A stretch of DNA of 64,000 bases from Myxococcota bacterium. GTDB lineage: Bacteria; Myxococcota_A; SURF-8. The notes below the pieces were generated by a model that was not told the origin of the DNA, did not search any database, and worked only from the letters and a program-made list of their open reading frames with translations. Where the stretch lies: positions 3,776,001-3,840,000 of the forward strand of contig OZ223209.1 of assembly GCA_965140415.1 (NCBI GenBank), written 5' to 3'. Of the stretch, positions 10,545 through 21,521 are shown piece by piece. A program made the position numbers and the translations under genes. The first letter of the stretch is position 1, and each line of letters starts with the position of its first letter.

Positions 10545-13253
10545 ATGTTGGATATCTATCTGATTTCACAGGCTGTGAATTTAATTTTTAAAGGTATAGA
10601 CAACTCAAAAAAGGTATTAGACTGGACTGAAAGTCTCAGAGTCGACTCTAAATTCAAAAAAGAAATCAAAACCATTGTGAATAATATCCAATTAGAATAC
10701 ACACCTGGTGGCTGTAAGAAGAATTGGCTATGGAATGCGGTATCTTCCGCATCAAAACGCCAAAACCGAATGAAATCACCAACAAATATCAACGAGTTTG
10801 CAAGTAACATTGTTGCTGAATATGATCTGCGGGGTGTGTGTCCTTCCTTGTCTGACGATCAAGTATTCAATATTGCGTATCAAGTTGCTTACTCCCTTGT
10901 GGAACTGGTCGATCCAAACTATCTACGCACCCCTGCACCTGGTGACTTCGATTGGATGGGCTACTTACAAAGAATTTCTAATTTCCTGCTTCCACAAGTA
11001 TATGAAGAGGACTACATCCCCCTTAAATGTGGTAAAGATTACTTTTTAAGAGGAAAGAAATACAAAAATAATGATAAAAGATCCTATAAACTGGATATAG
11101 CAAAGGAAATCGATCTTGAAAAGTTTCTATTGAACGATTGGCTTAATAGCAATGATCAGGTGTTAACACTCTTGGGTGACTTTGGATCCGGAAAAACCAG
11201 AACGCTTTTAAGATTTTCTAGAGCGTTGATACAACGCGGATACTCACCAATATTTTTGCCATTAAGGAGATTAGTTCCTGCCATTGGAAAGGATAATATA
11301 ATCAATTCTATCCGATTGTACCTTGAAGAATGGTCATTGATGCCACAATCAAAATTCCCATTGTATGTTCAGGAGGAATGGACAAAAAACAATACTGTGG
11401 TATTCATATTCGATGGATTTGATGAGTATGCTTCCAAGATCATCTCTCAGCCAATTAATAACAATCTAGATCGCGAGCAACTCGGCTATCATCTGGAAAC
11501 CTTACTCGATTTGAACAAGGGAGGATGTCGAGTCATCCTATCAAGTAGACCGCCTGTATTCAAAAGCCATGGAGAATTAGACAGATTCCTTAGAAAAAAA
11601 TTTGAGGACATTGGATCCAGAGAAACAGAATGTATACTAACAGATGGATTCATTAACTCCAATGAACAAGCAAAACAATACCTAAACGTTAGATATATCT
11701 ACCCTTTTTCAGAAAGCCAAGCAAGGATGTTTTTAGACAAGAGAAAGGAATCAAAGCTCAATTCGTATATTTGGGGGAATGACAGCATCTATAACCTAAA
11801 AGATTTGGCTCGTACTCCAATTCTACTGGACCTGATTTGTCGTCACCTCCCTGTGCTAAAAGAAAGAAGCCATAATGACTCCATTCACACAATCGATTTA
11901 TATGCTCAGGCTTTAGTCGACTGGGAAAACACACTTTATGAAAGAGCCAACAGTTCACTCTACCCCAAGCTTGGAACTTCTGCGTTCGTGAAACGTGTCA
12001 CTCAGGTTGCCGCATCTGTGGCTCGACGAATGCTTATTGAAGGAAAAGACAACGTCCCTTTTTCTGAAATTCATTCACCTAACTGGAAAGACGGTGACGA
12101 AGTTCTTCGGCAAGTACTTTCAATCGAATATTGTATGTCAGGTATGATGATTTGGGATGTTGACGATCATTTACGATTTATACATCGTTCTTTCATGGAA
12201 TTTCTCCAGGCTATAGTTATTTGCTGGGATATCGAGAAAGGAGATGCAGAGCTTTTAACAAAGATTGGAGCGAAAATAGACGAGGCAGTTCTATTCTTCC
12301 TCTTTGAATGGACAAACAAAGATAGAAGAAGATTAGAAAAAGTCCAACTCCAATTAGCCGAGTGGCTTGATGGATTCAAATCCAAAACAAGGGTTTGTTT
12401 GGAAGAACAGGAATTGATCCAATTTATACTGAATTGTAAATCATATTTCCAAGAGCAACGAGTCCTCTATAAAAGCGATGATTCCATCAATGATTTCTGG
12501 CAAACTTATACTGATAATGAGATTAAAGAAGCTGCAGGACTAGCTGAAATAGAAACTGTAACGTTGCCCAACAACTCAAAATATAAAATCCAATTTCAGA
12601 TGGCACGAGTCCAAAAAGGCACTGTTCTTTCGGGTAGGAAAATACATACTCGGGAACATCCAGTACATATGATTGTAGTGGAGCATTCATTTCTAATAGG
12701 TGTAACTACCGTTACACAAGACATGTACCAGGCTGTGATGGGGAACAATCCTAGCCAAATAAAAGGAGCACGTTATCCTGTCGCTGGAGTTTCTTGGTTG
12801 GATGCAGTCGAGTTTTGCAACCGTCTCTCAACAAAACTCAATGTCGCACCAGCGTACGAGATTAACGACAAAGAAGTGAATTGGAACAAAGAATCCAATG
12901 GTTATAGACTTCCGCTAGAATCAGAGTGGGAATATGCCTGCAGAGCTGGAACTACAACAGAATTTGCAAGAGGTGATATTGTAGTTGATTTAGATAAAAT
13001 GGGGTGGTTTGATGAGAACAGTGAAGGTATAGCTCATTCAGTTGGAGAAAAGAATCCAAACGCATGGGGTATATATGATATGCATGGAAATGTATGGGAA
13101 TGGTGTTGGGATGCTAAAGAGGCCAGCCGTGTCATCAGGGGGGGTAGTTGGAGCAGTCTAGCTCAATACTGTCGTTCTTCTTCTCGTGGATTTAGTTTTC
13201 CTGCTTCGAATGATCAAAGCTTAGGGATTCGCATAGCTATGACAATAGCATAA
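10545..13253 (+). CDS. NACHT-like STAND NTPase fused to a C-terminal FGE-sulfatase (SUMF1/C-lectin fold) domain
   Basis: Walker A LLGDFGSGKT, Walker B FIFDGFDE, LARTPILL, FIHRSFMEF; C-terminal YRLPLESEWEYACRAG, PNAWGIYDMHGNVWEWCWD, RVIRGGSW. Confidence 0.9.
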   Translation: MLDIYLISQAVNLIFKGIDNSKKVLDWTESLRVDSKFKKEIKTIVNNIQLEYTPGGCKKNWLWNAVSSASKRQNRMKSPTNINEFASNIVAEYDLRGVCPSLSDDQVFNIAYQVAYSLVELVDPNYLRTPAPGDFDWMGYLQRISNFLLPQVYEEDYIPLKCGKDYFLRGKKYKNNDKRSYKLDIAKEIDLEKFLLNDWLNSNDQVLTLLGDFGSGKTRTLLRFSRALIQRGYSPIFLPLRRLVPAIGKDNIINSIRLYLEEWSLMPQSKFPLYVQEEWTKNNTVVFIFDGFDEYASKIISQPINNNLDREQLGYHLETLLDLNKGGCRVILSSRPPVFKSHGELDRFLRKKFEDIGSRETECILTDGFINSNEQAKQYLNVRYIYPFSESQARMFLDKRKESKLNSYIWGNDSIYNLKDLARTPILLDLICRHLPVLKERSHNDSIHTIDLYAQALVDWENTLYERANSSLYPKLGTSAFVKRVTQVAASVARRMLIEGKDNVPFSEIHSPNWKDGDEVLRQVLSIEYCMSGMMIWDVDDHLRFIHRSFMEFLQAIVICWDIEKGDAELLTKIGAKIDEAVLFFLFEWTNKDRRRLEKVQLQLAEWLDGFKSKTRVCLEEQELIQFILNCKSYFQEQRVLYKSDDSINDFWQTYTDNEIKEAAGLAEIETVTLPNNSKYKIQFQMARVQKGTVLSGRKIHTREHPVHMIVVEHSFLIGVTTVTQDMYQAVMGNNPSQIKGARYPVAGVSWLDAVEFCNRLSTKLNVAPAYEINDKEVNWNKESNGYRLPLESEWEYACRAGTTTEFARGDIVVDLDKMGWFDENSEGIAHSVGEKNPNAWGIYDMHGNVWEWCWDAKEASRVIRGGSWSSLAQYCRSSSRGFSFPASNDQSLGIRIAMTIA

Positions 13254-13338
13254 TATATTTCTAGTGAATTGTTTTTTCGGAATGACAAGCGTTTGATGGC
13301 CAACATTTATTTATTATCACCATATGGCTTGATACTAT

Positions 13339-16300
13339 CTATATTCCTCTATCATATGAACGAAAGAAATATTTTGTAGGGAGAAGTGCCTCGTATTTCG
13401 AAGAAAGGCGATTAAGTGATCCTCCTTTTCTTGTACATCTCGACACGACAGACCATTGAATTTCGAGAGAAACTTCATCTTTCATATTGCCTTCATCCAG
13501 ATTAATTATCGTAATAAATGGAGATCGATGACCTATCAAGAAGAGCAATTCAAGAATTTGTTTAAATTGGCTTGATTTTATGCCACTATCCTTTAATACA
13601 GGATGAAGATTAAAAAGGCAATGGCTTATCAAACGCTGTGTTTGAAACAGCTTATTCGCGGCAACCTTCCCATCCATACCTACATTGTGTGCGCTATTGA
13701 AAGGATCCCAATGGCGAAAGTGCACAGCCTGGCAGACATCAAAGTGCTTTTCTCTGCCCATTACATTATGATGTGCCAAGTAAGCATCATTTGAGAATGG
13801 ATATCGTTTAATGTATTGTTCAATCTCTTTCAGACAATGCTCCAATGCATGTTTATAGGCTTCAACACTTTGCTGTAACAAGTCTTCAATTTGAACATCG
13901 GAAACATGCATGCTTTGTCTATTTAGAATAGAATTAAGTGCCTTCCATTTTTTGTTAAATCCTTTTAAAGTACCTACAATGCTTCCAACTCCCTGTTTTC
14001 TATTTCTGTATTTTCCTTGGTCTGCACAACGAATCGCATCAGAACGAATCAACATAAGATCGCCTAAGGCGATTTGAGCACCGCTTTTTTCCTTATATGG
14101 ACTTTTATCTTGATAATATGTATCTATGGCCCTCGTCAGATACCTTTTCGAAGCAATGTGTAAGAAACTATAATATAGTGCAAGATAATCATCAACATGA
14201 TACCCTCCTGTGTGTAATGAATTCTGCTCTTCAATAATCTCAATTGGGCAACTATCAATTTTGCTTTCAATTGAAAGGTGTCTAATGTGAGCAAGAATTC
14301 GGATAGCTGACAAATATAGAATTCCCAATTCCTGACTAGATTTGGCAGCATCGTTATCCTTGATGCTATCTTCAAAATAAAGATTGCTGCCTTGGTAAGC
14401 CATTTCAGCTCTGCATAGTACTTTCAATTGCTGCTTAATTTCTTCAAATGAAGATATCGTAGAATCATTGAGATGCTTATCCTCTAACAAGCAAATAATC
14501 TTGTCAACGATATGATACAATCCTCCAAGAAGCAAACCGTTAGCTACTTCTTGGGTCATGTATTGCCAACTTTTTGAGGAAATATTCCACAAAACACTTT
14601 CTGGCCCAATACCACCGGCAATGAATGTATTATTGTTCCACTTGAAATCTGGACAATTTGTTAAAAAGATATACGCCTGTTCTAGTTTTTGCAAAGCTAG
14701 GTTCAAGTCGGTATAATCATAAAGTGTTCGATTATACTCAGTAGGAGGCAAATTGTAATCTTCATGTTTTCGAGAAAAGTTTTCCTGATTATCAATATAT
14801 TGTTGAGTTGCTATATTGAGATACTTCTTTCTGTATTTTCTCTTCCACAACTTACATGAAATCCAATCATAATTGTCGCCAATTTCTGAACTAAATTCCC
14901 CCAACAGTAACATGTCAACATCATGCTCACATAAAAACACAAGTAGCTTTCCAATCGCATAGTAAAGTTTCCCTATACGTCGACGATCTATGACCCGCTT
15001 TGAGGCAACATCGCATAGAGATGATATACTTGAGCCAGCAAGCAGATTCTGCAGTTTGTGAATTACACCACAATACATACACCATTTCAGTACCAATTCA
15101 CCAACTTTAGCGTAATTATGAGAGAGCCAGAAGTCCCATTCAGCACTATTTGAATTCCTAGCTGGTAAATCTAAATTATGGGTATTTTCTACGATCTCCA
15201 TATATCGAACTTCCAATATTTTTAGTAGAACATCACATTCACGAAGTCCCAAAGAATTCTTGGCATAGTATTTATTTGCTTGATTGTAGTAATATACTAG
15301 ATCGTCAAAATCAAAGATATCCTGAACTCCTAATGTACGTCTTGTATTATTAATAATATTTGATAGTGCCAACTTTATCTGTTTCTGTGACTCATCATCA
15401 TTTGTGTTTTTACTGATTAACTCGATATCGTCCGTTTCAAGAAGAGCAATTCCGTGTGTTGCAAAAACTACATCTCCTAAATATTCAAACAGGCGGGCGA
15501 AATTAATTGTGTTGAGCAATAGATTGGATTGCATTTCCTTATTAGTATTTGACCTTCTTTTAGCTATGCCTCGATTTAGTGCCATCATATAACAATTAGC
15601 AGCTATGCCCATATCCCGTCTCCTTATCATAATTTCTCCAATGGAAACAATTTGATTAAAGTAGCTTACTGTATCATAGCTCCATTGAAAATATTCAAGA
15701 GCATCAAGGAGAAATCTATTTGCTTCGTGTCGATTCCATTGCTTTTCCACTAGAATTGCTGCCGAGTTAATTATCTCTGGAATAATCTCGAATTCGAAAC
15801 CAATATTTAAGCCGGTACATCTTGGATGGAGTTTATTGGAAACAAATTGAAAATTGTGAAATATGGACGTGGATTCGTCATTAAATGCCAATTTTTCCCT
15901 GACTAGTCTCCTTAATTCATTGCTTGAGCGATGGTTGTTTTCTCTTATTCCTTCCATCGTTCTGCGACTACTGTAAAGGTTCAAGGATAGATCATCGTTT
16001 GGTAGGAGACAGATGATCTTTTCAAGCAATTTTAATGCGCTTTGGTGGTGGAACAAGGCCTGCCCAAATTCTCGTGCTACTTCACAGATATAACCAAGTT
16101 TCATAACTGCTTCAATACTTGTGCTTAGATAGCTGAAAACAGTACTATATTGAATTTCTTCTCCATCAATTGAAATAGAGTCAAAAATGTCTTGAATTTC
16201 TCTATTATCATCAATTTCGTTTAGGATCTTTTCAAGATCAATTCGTATCAGTCTAATAGCTTTACTATAAACCAGTTTTGCATCTGGCAATTGACCAAGC

Positions 16301-18528
16301 AGTTCAAGTATATCGCCTAACTGAATCTGTGCTTGTATCGATTCGAGTCTCTTTCCATAATCTTTTGAATTAAGGTTTTGAATAACTTCCTTGAGTTCGC
16401 GAATTTTTGTGGACATTTCTTTGGCGGTAAAGCGAAGATCTATCTGCTCAGGACCAAATGATAAGTACAGAGAGGACAACTCGTATCTAATATGAGGGAG
16501 GATCCTGTATTGGTTTCGCCGATTATCTACTTTTTCAATGATCACTTCATCGAGAAGATCAAGTATAATCGCAACTAAATCTTGATCAGGATTCAATTCC
16601 TGATCATCAATCAAAAACCGAACATGTTCTATGTCTGACCATGAAAAACCCCGCTCAGAGTATTTCAAAACACAATCTATAATATAGAACAATGAAACAC
16701 AGTCTTTATCGTCCAAATCGATGAAACGATTTTGATGTACCTCAAGTTGTTCTACTATGAAGGAAAAGAACTTGATTTTCTGCATTATTGCAGATGGAAG
16801 AAAGATTAGCTTTGATGAATTAGTCTTATCAATAGTGCAATCAATTCTGCTGCAATCAATAAATTCTACATCTCTAAACAATGAATAATATTCTCGGTAT
16901 ACTTTCCTTGGAATTCCTCTGCCTTTAAATGTCAAATATTGCAATAGATTTCGGATTCTTCGGCAGTGTCTTTCGGTTGCAGGCTGAAGATAATCATTTT
17001 CACTATCAACAAAATACTCTGCGATACTACCGTTCTTCATTGTATGTTGATTGTTGTGAAAGTTGTAATCCAAGCTATTTAATAAAAATGAGATAAATGG
17101 TCTTATCATTAATTCAGGCAAAGCATGCTTTTCCAAAGGATCTTTTTGAGATTCGTCATATACTTTGTATACCGCTTCTTTATCTGTATTATATCTAAGC
17201 CTATCCTGCATAATTAGCCCTCGTAAAAGAATACCTTTAAGTTCACCTACACTGAAACTAGGGAGTAGCATCAACCCTGTATTGTAAGTCCAATATTCTT
17301 TTGAGATACCTAGCACATTAAGCAGAAATTCAAATATACCTGTAACAAGCGTATTGCCGTATAATGACAAGTATGATTTGCACATATGATCATGAAAACC
17401 TGCATCTATTAACCAACACTTGATTAACTCTATTATCCAATGATGAAATCCATAAGTAGCAATTAGCTTACTATTGAAAGTACTGGAGTGATAAAGATTC
17501 TTATAGATTACTGATTCCAGTAGACCGTAACCTTTATACTGATCTTCTTGCCAAATCTCATCAACATCTTTTCCTACAATAAAAATCTGATGTGATGTGG
17601 ATTCTGTTAGAAGAAATTTTATATCCGCAATAATGTTTAATATATAATCACCAATATTGAGATATCTATTTGTAGGATGCTTATCGATTTTCGGTTTAAG
17701 TTTGTCTAATGAATCAAATACAAAGACATATCTATAACCAGCCTTTGATAACCTTTTCAAAACATCATGTAATGCCAACTGGCCACTAAAGGCATCAGTG
17801 TATTCTTTCTCGGGCGTTTCAGTCTTTACATGACTGTGTTCAGTTGGGTTATTATTAGCGAAACGTAGAAAATCACACTGATCGACATTTAAATCTGTCT
17901 CAGTGCTGCAAGTACTCAATGCTGCCATAAAAGATGAAGAGCTATAGAATACTTCTTTCAAACGTGAACAATCCCCTTTAGTAACACACTGTTTTAGTGA
18001 TTGAGAGTACAACTCAAGTATAATGCTCTCGATAAGCGAATCGGTGTTGTACATAGGACTAATATCAACAAGTATTTGCACATAACAGACTCCATTGTTC
18101 CTGGTGGAAGTCGATTCTTCATGCACATTCAGTTCTTTGTCACTTTTGTTGTTGATCTGTTCTCTCTGAAGCTCTGATATCGCGTGATTAACCATACTTG
18201 ATTTTCCTGAGCCACGATACCCAGTAATAAAGATGCTCCCCCCTCTCGAATTACAAATGAAAGACTTCAACAGTTCCGTTTCATTCTCTGGGCAGCAATA
18301 ATGAAAATCTTCAATACTGTTTTTCCGATTATTGCTTTTCCTATAATCCTTTTTGTGCCTATTTGTTGTAAGAAATTGTATATCATTATGAATGCAGATA
18401 TATTCTGCGCTGCTTTTTTGAGTAGGCCACTCCGGAAGCACACAGTCAATTGGTGGGCAAGCATGTTTCTCAAGCTCAATATATATGGTCTCGGAAAGTC
18501 TTTTGCTCATCAAAACTCCTACGAACAA
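13339..18528 (-). CDS. Giant (1729 aa) P-loop ATPase with long alpha-helical/TPR-like C-terminus
   Basis: Walker A ITGYRGSGKS, Walker B FVFDSLDKL; TPR-like segments (LGDILELLGQLPDAKLVYSKAI, FGQALFHHQSAL). Confidence 0.8.
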   Translation of the reverse strand: MFVGVLMSKRLSETIYIELEKHACPPIDCVLPEWPTQKSSAEYICIHNDIQFLTTNRHKKDYRKSNNRKNSIEDFHYCCPENETELLKSFICNSRGGSIFITGYRGSGKSSMVNHAISELQREQINNKSDKELNVHEESTSTRNNGVCYVQILVDISPMYNTDSLIESIILELYSQSLKQCVTKGDCSRLKEVFYSSSSFMAALSTCSTETDLNVDQCDFLRFANNNPTEHSHVKTETPEKEYTDAFSGQLALHDVLKRLSKAGYRYVFVFDSLDKLKPKIDKHPTNRYLNIGDYILNIIADIKFLLTESTSHQIFIVGKDVDEIWQEDQYKGYGLLESVIYKNLYHSSTFNSKLIATYGFHHWIIELIKCWLIDAGFHDHMCKSYLSLYGNTLVTGIFEFLLNVLGISKEYWTYNTGLMLLPSFSVGELKGILLRGLIMQDRLRYNTDKEAVYKVYDESQKDPLEKHALPELMIRPFISFLLNSLDYNFHNNQHTMKNGSIAEYFVDSENDYLQPATERHCRRIRNLLQYLTFKGRGIPRKVYREYYSLFRDVEFIDCSRIDCTIDKTNSSKLIFLPSAIMQKIKFFSFIVEQLEVHQNRFIDLDDKDCVSLFYIIDCVLKYSERGFSWSDIEHVRFLIDDQELNPDQDLVAIILDLLDEVIIEKVDNRRNQYRILPHIRYELSSLYLSFGPEQIDLRFTAKEMSTKIRELKEVIQNLNSKDYGKRLESIQAQIQLGDILELLGQLPDAKLVYSKAIRLIRIDLEKILNEIDDNREIQDIFDSISIDGEEIQYSTVFSYLSTSIEAVMKLGYICEVAREFGQALFHHQSALKLLEKIICLLPNDDLSLNLYSSRRTMEGIRENNHRSSNELRRLVREKLAFNDESTSIFHNFQFVSNKLHPRCTGLNIGFEFEIIPEIINSAAILVEKQWNRHEANRFLLDALEYFQWSYDTVSYFNQIVSIGEIMIRRRDMGIAANCYMMALNRGIAKRRSNTNKEMQSNLLLNTINFARLFEYLGDVVFATHGIALLETDDIELISKNTNDDESQKQIKLALSNIINNTRRTLGVQDIFDFDDLVYYYNQANKYYAKNSLGLRECDVLLKILEVRYMEIVENTHNLDLPARNSNSAEWDFWLSHNYAKVGELVLKWCMYCGVIHKLQNLLAGSSISSLCDVASKRVIDRRRIGKLYYAIGKLLVFLCEHDVDMLLLGEFSSEIGDNYDWISCKLWKRKYRKKYLNIATQQYIDNQENFSRKHEDYNLPPTEYNRTLYDYTDLNLALQKLEQAYIFLTNCPDFKWNNNTFIAGGIGPESVLWNISSKSWQYMTQEVANGLLLGGLYHIVDKIICLLEDKHLNDSTISSFEEIKQQLKVLCRAEMAYQGSNLYFEDSIKDNDAAKSSQELGILYLSAIRILAHIRHLSIESKIDSCPIEIIEEQNSLHTGGYHVDDYLALYYSFLHIASKRYLTRAIDTYYQDKSPYKEKSGAQIALGDLMLIRSDAIRCADQGKYRNRKQGVGSIVGTLKGFNKKWKALNSILNRQSMHVSDVQIEDLLQQSVEAYKHALEHCLKEIEQYIKRYPFSNDAYLAHHNVMGREKHFDVCQAVHFRHWDPFNSAHNVGMDGKVAANKLFQTQRLISHCLFNLHPVLKDSGIKSSQFKQILELLFLIGHRSPFITIINLDEGNMKDEVSLEIQWSVVSRCTRKGGSLNRLSSKYEALLPTKYFFRSYDRGI

Positions 18529-18605
18529 GAAGGTAATATCTATTTAATTGATTGCGATATGATCTCTTAAAAGCATCTCTGACCTGACCCCGATAATGAC
18601 GCCAG

Positions 18606-19466
18606 TCATTGTGGTAGACCCGGATCAGCCGATTGACTTTGGAGACCCCAGATATCTCCGATGGCAATCGGCGGCACAATCGATTCCAGCGCCGGTGGTT
18701 TGTAACCCAACGCACTGTGTGGTCGCACCGTGTTGTACTCAAGACGCCAATTCTCGATCAGTACCTGAGCCTCCTTCAAGGTATCAAACAATTCACGATT
18801 CAGCAATTCATCCCGTAACTTCCCATTGAAACTTTCCACGTAGCCATTCTCCCAGGGACTCCCCGGTTCGATATACAAGGGCTTGACCGAGAGCGTTTTC
18901 AGCCAGACCCTGACTGCCTTTGCCGTAAACTCGGCTCCATTGTCACTGCGGATATGCTTCGGAATGCCACGTCGAATAAACAGATCGTCCAGTGTTCGTA
19001 ACACGTCTTGAGAATTCAGGTTTCGCTTGACTGTCAATGCCAGACATTCCCGACTGTACTCGTCGATCACACACAAAATTCGGATCGCACGGCCATCACG
19101 TGTACGATCCTGCACGAAATCATAGCTCCAGACATGGTCGGCAAACTCGGGCTTGAGCCGAATACAGCTGCCATCGTTCAACCACAAGCGACCTCGCTTC
19201 GGCTGTTTCTTCGGTACCTTCAACCCCTCCTGTCGCCAGATACGCGCCACGCGTTTGTGGTTCACCCGCCAGCCGTCATTTCTCAGCAACGCCGTAATTC
19301 GTCGATAGCCATAGCGTCCATAGCGACTGGCCAATTCGATAATGGCTCGCGTTAAAAGAAACTCATCTGAACGAGAAATCCGAGTTCTTCGTTGAGTGGA
19401 GCGGGGTTGCCCCAACACAAAACAGGCCCGGCGCTCGGAAACGTGCTGGCTGGCCATCACGTGCAT
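18606..19466 (-). CDS. IS3 transposase OrfB (DDE/rve), probably expressed by frameshift from OrfA
   Basis: YGYRRITALL, HVWSYDFV, IRSDNGAEF, PGSPWENGYVESFNGKLRDELLN. Confidence 0.95.
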   Translation of the reverse strand: MHVMASQHVSERRACFVLGQPRSTQRRTRISRSDEFLLTRAIIELASRYGRYGYRRITALLRNDGWRVNHKRVARIWRQEGLKVPKKQPKRGRLWLNDGSCIRLKPEFADHVWSYDFVQDRTRDGRAIRILCVIDEYSRECLALTVKRNLNSQDVLRTLDDLFIRRGIPKHIRSDNGAEFTAKAVRVWLKTLSVKPLYIEPGSPWENGYVESFNGKLRDELLNRELFDTLKEAQVLIENWRLEYNTVRPHSALGYKPPALESIVPPIAIGDIWGLQSQSADPGLPQ

Positions 19467-19492
19467 GACCGCTGCTTTCCGTTTGGCCGGGC

Positions 19493-19768
19493 TTAAAACT
19501 TTCCCTCGGCGACTTCCTTCAGGATCGCCTTGTCCAGGGACAGATCCGCCACCAGCTTTTTCAGACGGGCATTCTCGTCCTCAAGTTCTCGAAGGTGTTT
19601 GGCCTGGTCGAGATTCAATCGGCCATACTCCTTGCGCCAACGGTAGTAAGTTTGCTCCGATACGCCAATGGCCTTGACCGATTGCGCCACTGTTTGACCT
19701 TGGGATTGCAGTACTTCCGCTTTGCGCAACTGCCGGATGATATTTTCGATACTCGTTCGCTTCGCCAT
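19493..19768 (-). CDS. IS3 transposase OrfA (HTH + leucine zipper)
   Basis: IGVSEQTYYRWRKEYG..LEDENARLKKLVADLSLD; RBS GGAGG before ATG 19768; GGGAAAG at the 3' end. Confidence 0.93.
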   Translation of the reverse strand: MAKRTSIENIIRQLRKAEVLQSQGQTVAQSVKAIGVSEQTYYRWRKEYGRLNLDQAKHLRELEDENARLKKLVADLSLDKAILKEVAEGKF

Positions 19769-20390
19769 AACCTTGCCTCCTATAATGGAATTCCAGCTGA
19801 AGTCTAACATCATTACTGGATTCTCGTTAGGGGGTCAGGTCAGATTCAAATGGTAAAAGATATTGCTCATGCGTTGAATATCCAGGAACAGCACTATTTT
19901 TATAAAGGATCATTCCGCGACGATTTTCCTCATCACAAAGTCCCATCCATTGTCCTGAACAACTGCATTCGAACAGCCAAGTCTTATTTTTGTGATCCGC
20001 TGGTTTAACCATATCTCCTTTTGAAATAAGATGTTTTTCACAAAAGTGATTGAAAATTACGAGCTTGTGGCCTAAAGAAAGAAACCTACTCATTTTTTAC
20101 CATTTAGGGAATAGTCGCTAACATAACTCCAAGGTAAAAGATCAGATAAATCTTTGAAAGACAATCGATGAACAATATTCGTTTTCTTGCCGGGTTTTGC
20201 ATCATTTCGATATAAATACCATGCATTTTCTTTATCTGACCTCCTTACTCCACCCCATACATTCCCGTCGGCCCCTTGCCATTCCCAATCGCCATTTTTT
20301 TTTAATCATGATGAATGTACATTTTATTACCTTTCTAACTAAAGTAAACCGGTCCCCACAATCTGGTTTGCAAGGACCGGAAAATAATTG

Positions 20391-20702
20391 TTACGCTTCC
20401 TCGATTTCGAAATACTTGGCAGCAATATCTGTATCCACATCATGTTCTTCCATCCACCCCAGAATTTCATCATTTTCAGATAGTGCTTTTAGAAATTGTC
20501 CACTTGTCAGACCGTCATCGCATATTTTGGCGACAGGACTCAATGGCCCTCCCTCGCCATAGATGAACCATCTTCCATTTTTTGATTTATACAATGATTC
20601 CTCATGCCACTGGGCTTTGCTTTTTGATAAGCCATTATCCCAACTCCAAATGAGTTCAGCAGTTTCTGTGTTATACGATTTTCCATTAACTAATTTTTTC
20701 AT
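20391..20702 (-). CDS. Small conserved phage/ICE-type hypothetical protein
   Basis: MKKLVNGKSYNTETA...EESLYKSKNGRWFIYGEGG resembles a widespread MGE hypothetical family (recognition by eye). Confidence 0.7.
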   Translation of the reverse strand: MKKLVNGKSYNTETAELIWSWDNGLSKSKAQWHEESLYKSKNGRWFIYGEGGPLSPVAKICDDGLTSGQFLKALSENDEILGWMEEHDVDTDIAAKYFEIEEA

Positions 20703-21014
20703 GATATTTTATCCTTTCAATCATGATGTTATAAACAGGCAAAAACCATTTTTGCCAACGCTTGTACTACCCTTTTTGGGGGAGTTGATTCAGCCATGGC
20801 TGTAAAGGCAGAGAGAATATTGCTAAGATCAACTCAGCAGCATTCGCCGAATTTGATAAGGTGATGAATTGATAGTGCTTTTCGTGTTCTACTGTGCGAG
20901 TAAAAAAGAAAGGACTGGTTAAAAAAAACAGAAAGAACTTACCTTCAAAAAATAAGATGAAAAATATTTGGTGCCCCTAGATTCATAAAATCCTTTTAGT
21001 AATGATAAAATATT

Positions 21015-21506
21015 TTAAAACCCAAATGATAACTGAGGGTTGCCAGGCTGATGGGCGAAAACAGGTGCTTTGTCTGATACATCATTCACGGGGTCAGGGG
21101 ATTGATCTGAATTGGTGCCCTTTTTAAATGAAGTTTGAACACTTTCTAGATTCAAAATGAAGCGCAGGTCTTCTGGAGGCAGGGGGAGTTCGGAAATCCA
21201 CCCGTTCTCCCACCACCAAACAAGCGCCATACGAATAATACGCCTGATTTGCTCAATGCTATTACTCGCACGGGGCACCAGTTTTCCTCGTTTTGCAGAT
21301 TTCATACGGACATGATCGCTTGAGAAGAACTCAGAGATCTCAACGGTTCGAATTTCGTGAATTGGCAGGTCATTGCCTAGGGTTGAGGATAGCAACGACA
21401 GAATTCGCTTTGCGGTGTTCACGGTAGTTGGTTTCTGCCCCTGCTCGGAAAGATTGTTGCAATACATGTCCACAGCGTATTTCAGATTTCTTTGAATCAT
21501 TGTCAT
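21015..21506 (-). CDS. Stand-alone integrase core-binding (SAM-like) domain protein
   Basis: AVDMYCNNLSEQGQKPTTVNTAKRIL...IHEIRTVEISEFF...ASNSIEQIRRIIRMALVW follows the helix pattern of tyrosine-recombinase N-terminal domains; no catalytic domain. Confidence 0.65.
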   Translation of the reverse strand: MTMIQRNLKYAVDMYCNNLSEQGQKPTTVNTAKRILSLLSSTLGNDLPIHEIRTVEISEFFSSDHVRMKSAKRGKLVPRASNSIEQIRRIIRMALVWWWENGWISELPLPPEDLRFILNLESVQTSFKKGTNSDQSPDPVNDVSDKAPVFAHQPGNPQLSFGF

Positions 21507-21521
21507 AACCTTTCTAGCGGG

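Larger units (their letters stand above)
18580..19842 (-). mobile_element. IS3-family insertion sequence (IS407-like), 1263 bp
   Basis: TG...CA ends with terminal inverted repeats TGACCTGACCCC; orfA/orfB arrangement; no target-site duplication visible. Confidence 0.95.

Noticed and set aside
20091-20309. Possible ~72-aa minus-strand gene interrupted at an A9 tract (phase variation)
   Set aside because: It needs a 1-nt correction and has no recognisable homology; it could be chance or a sequencing error.
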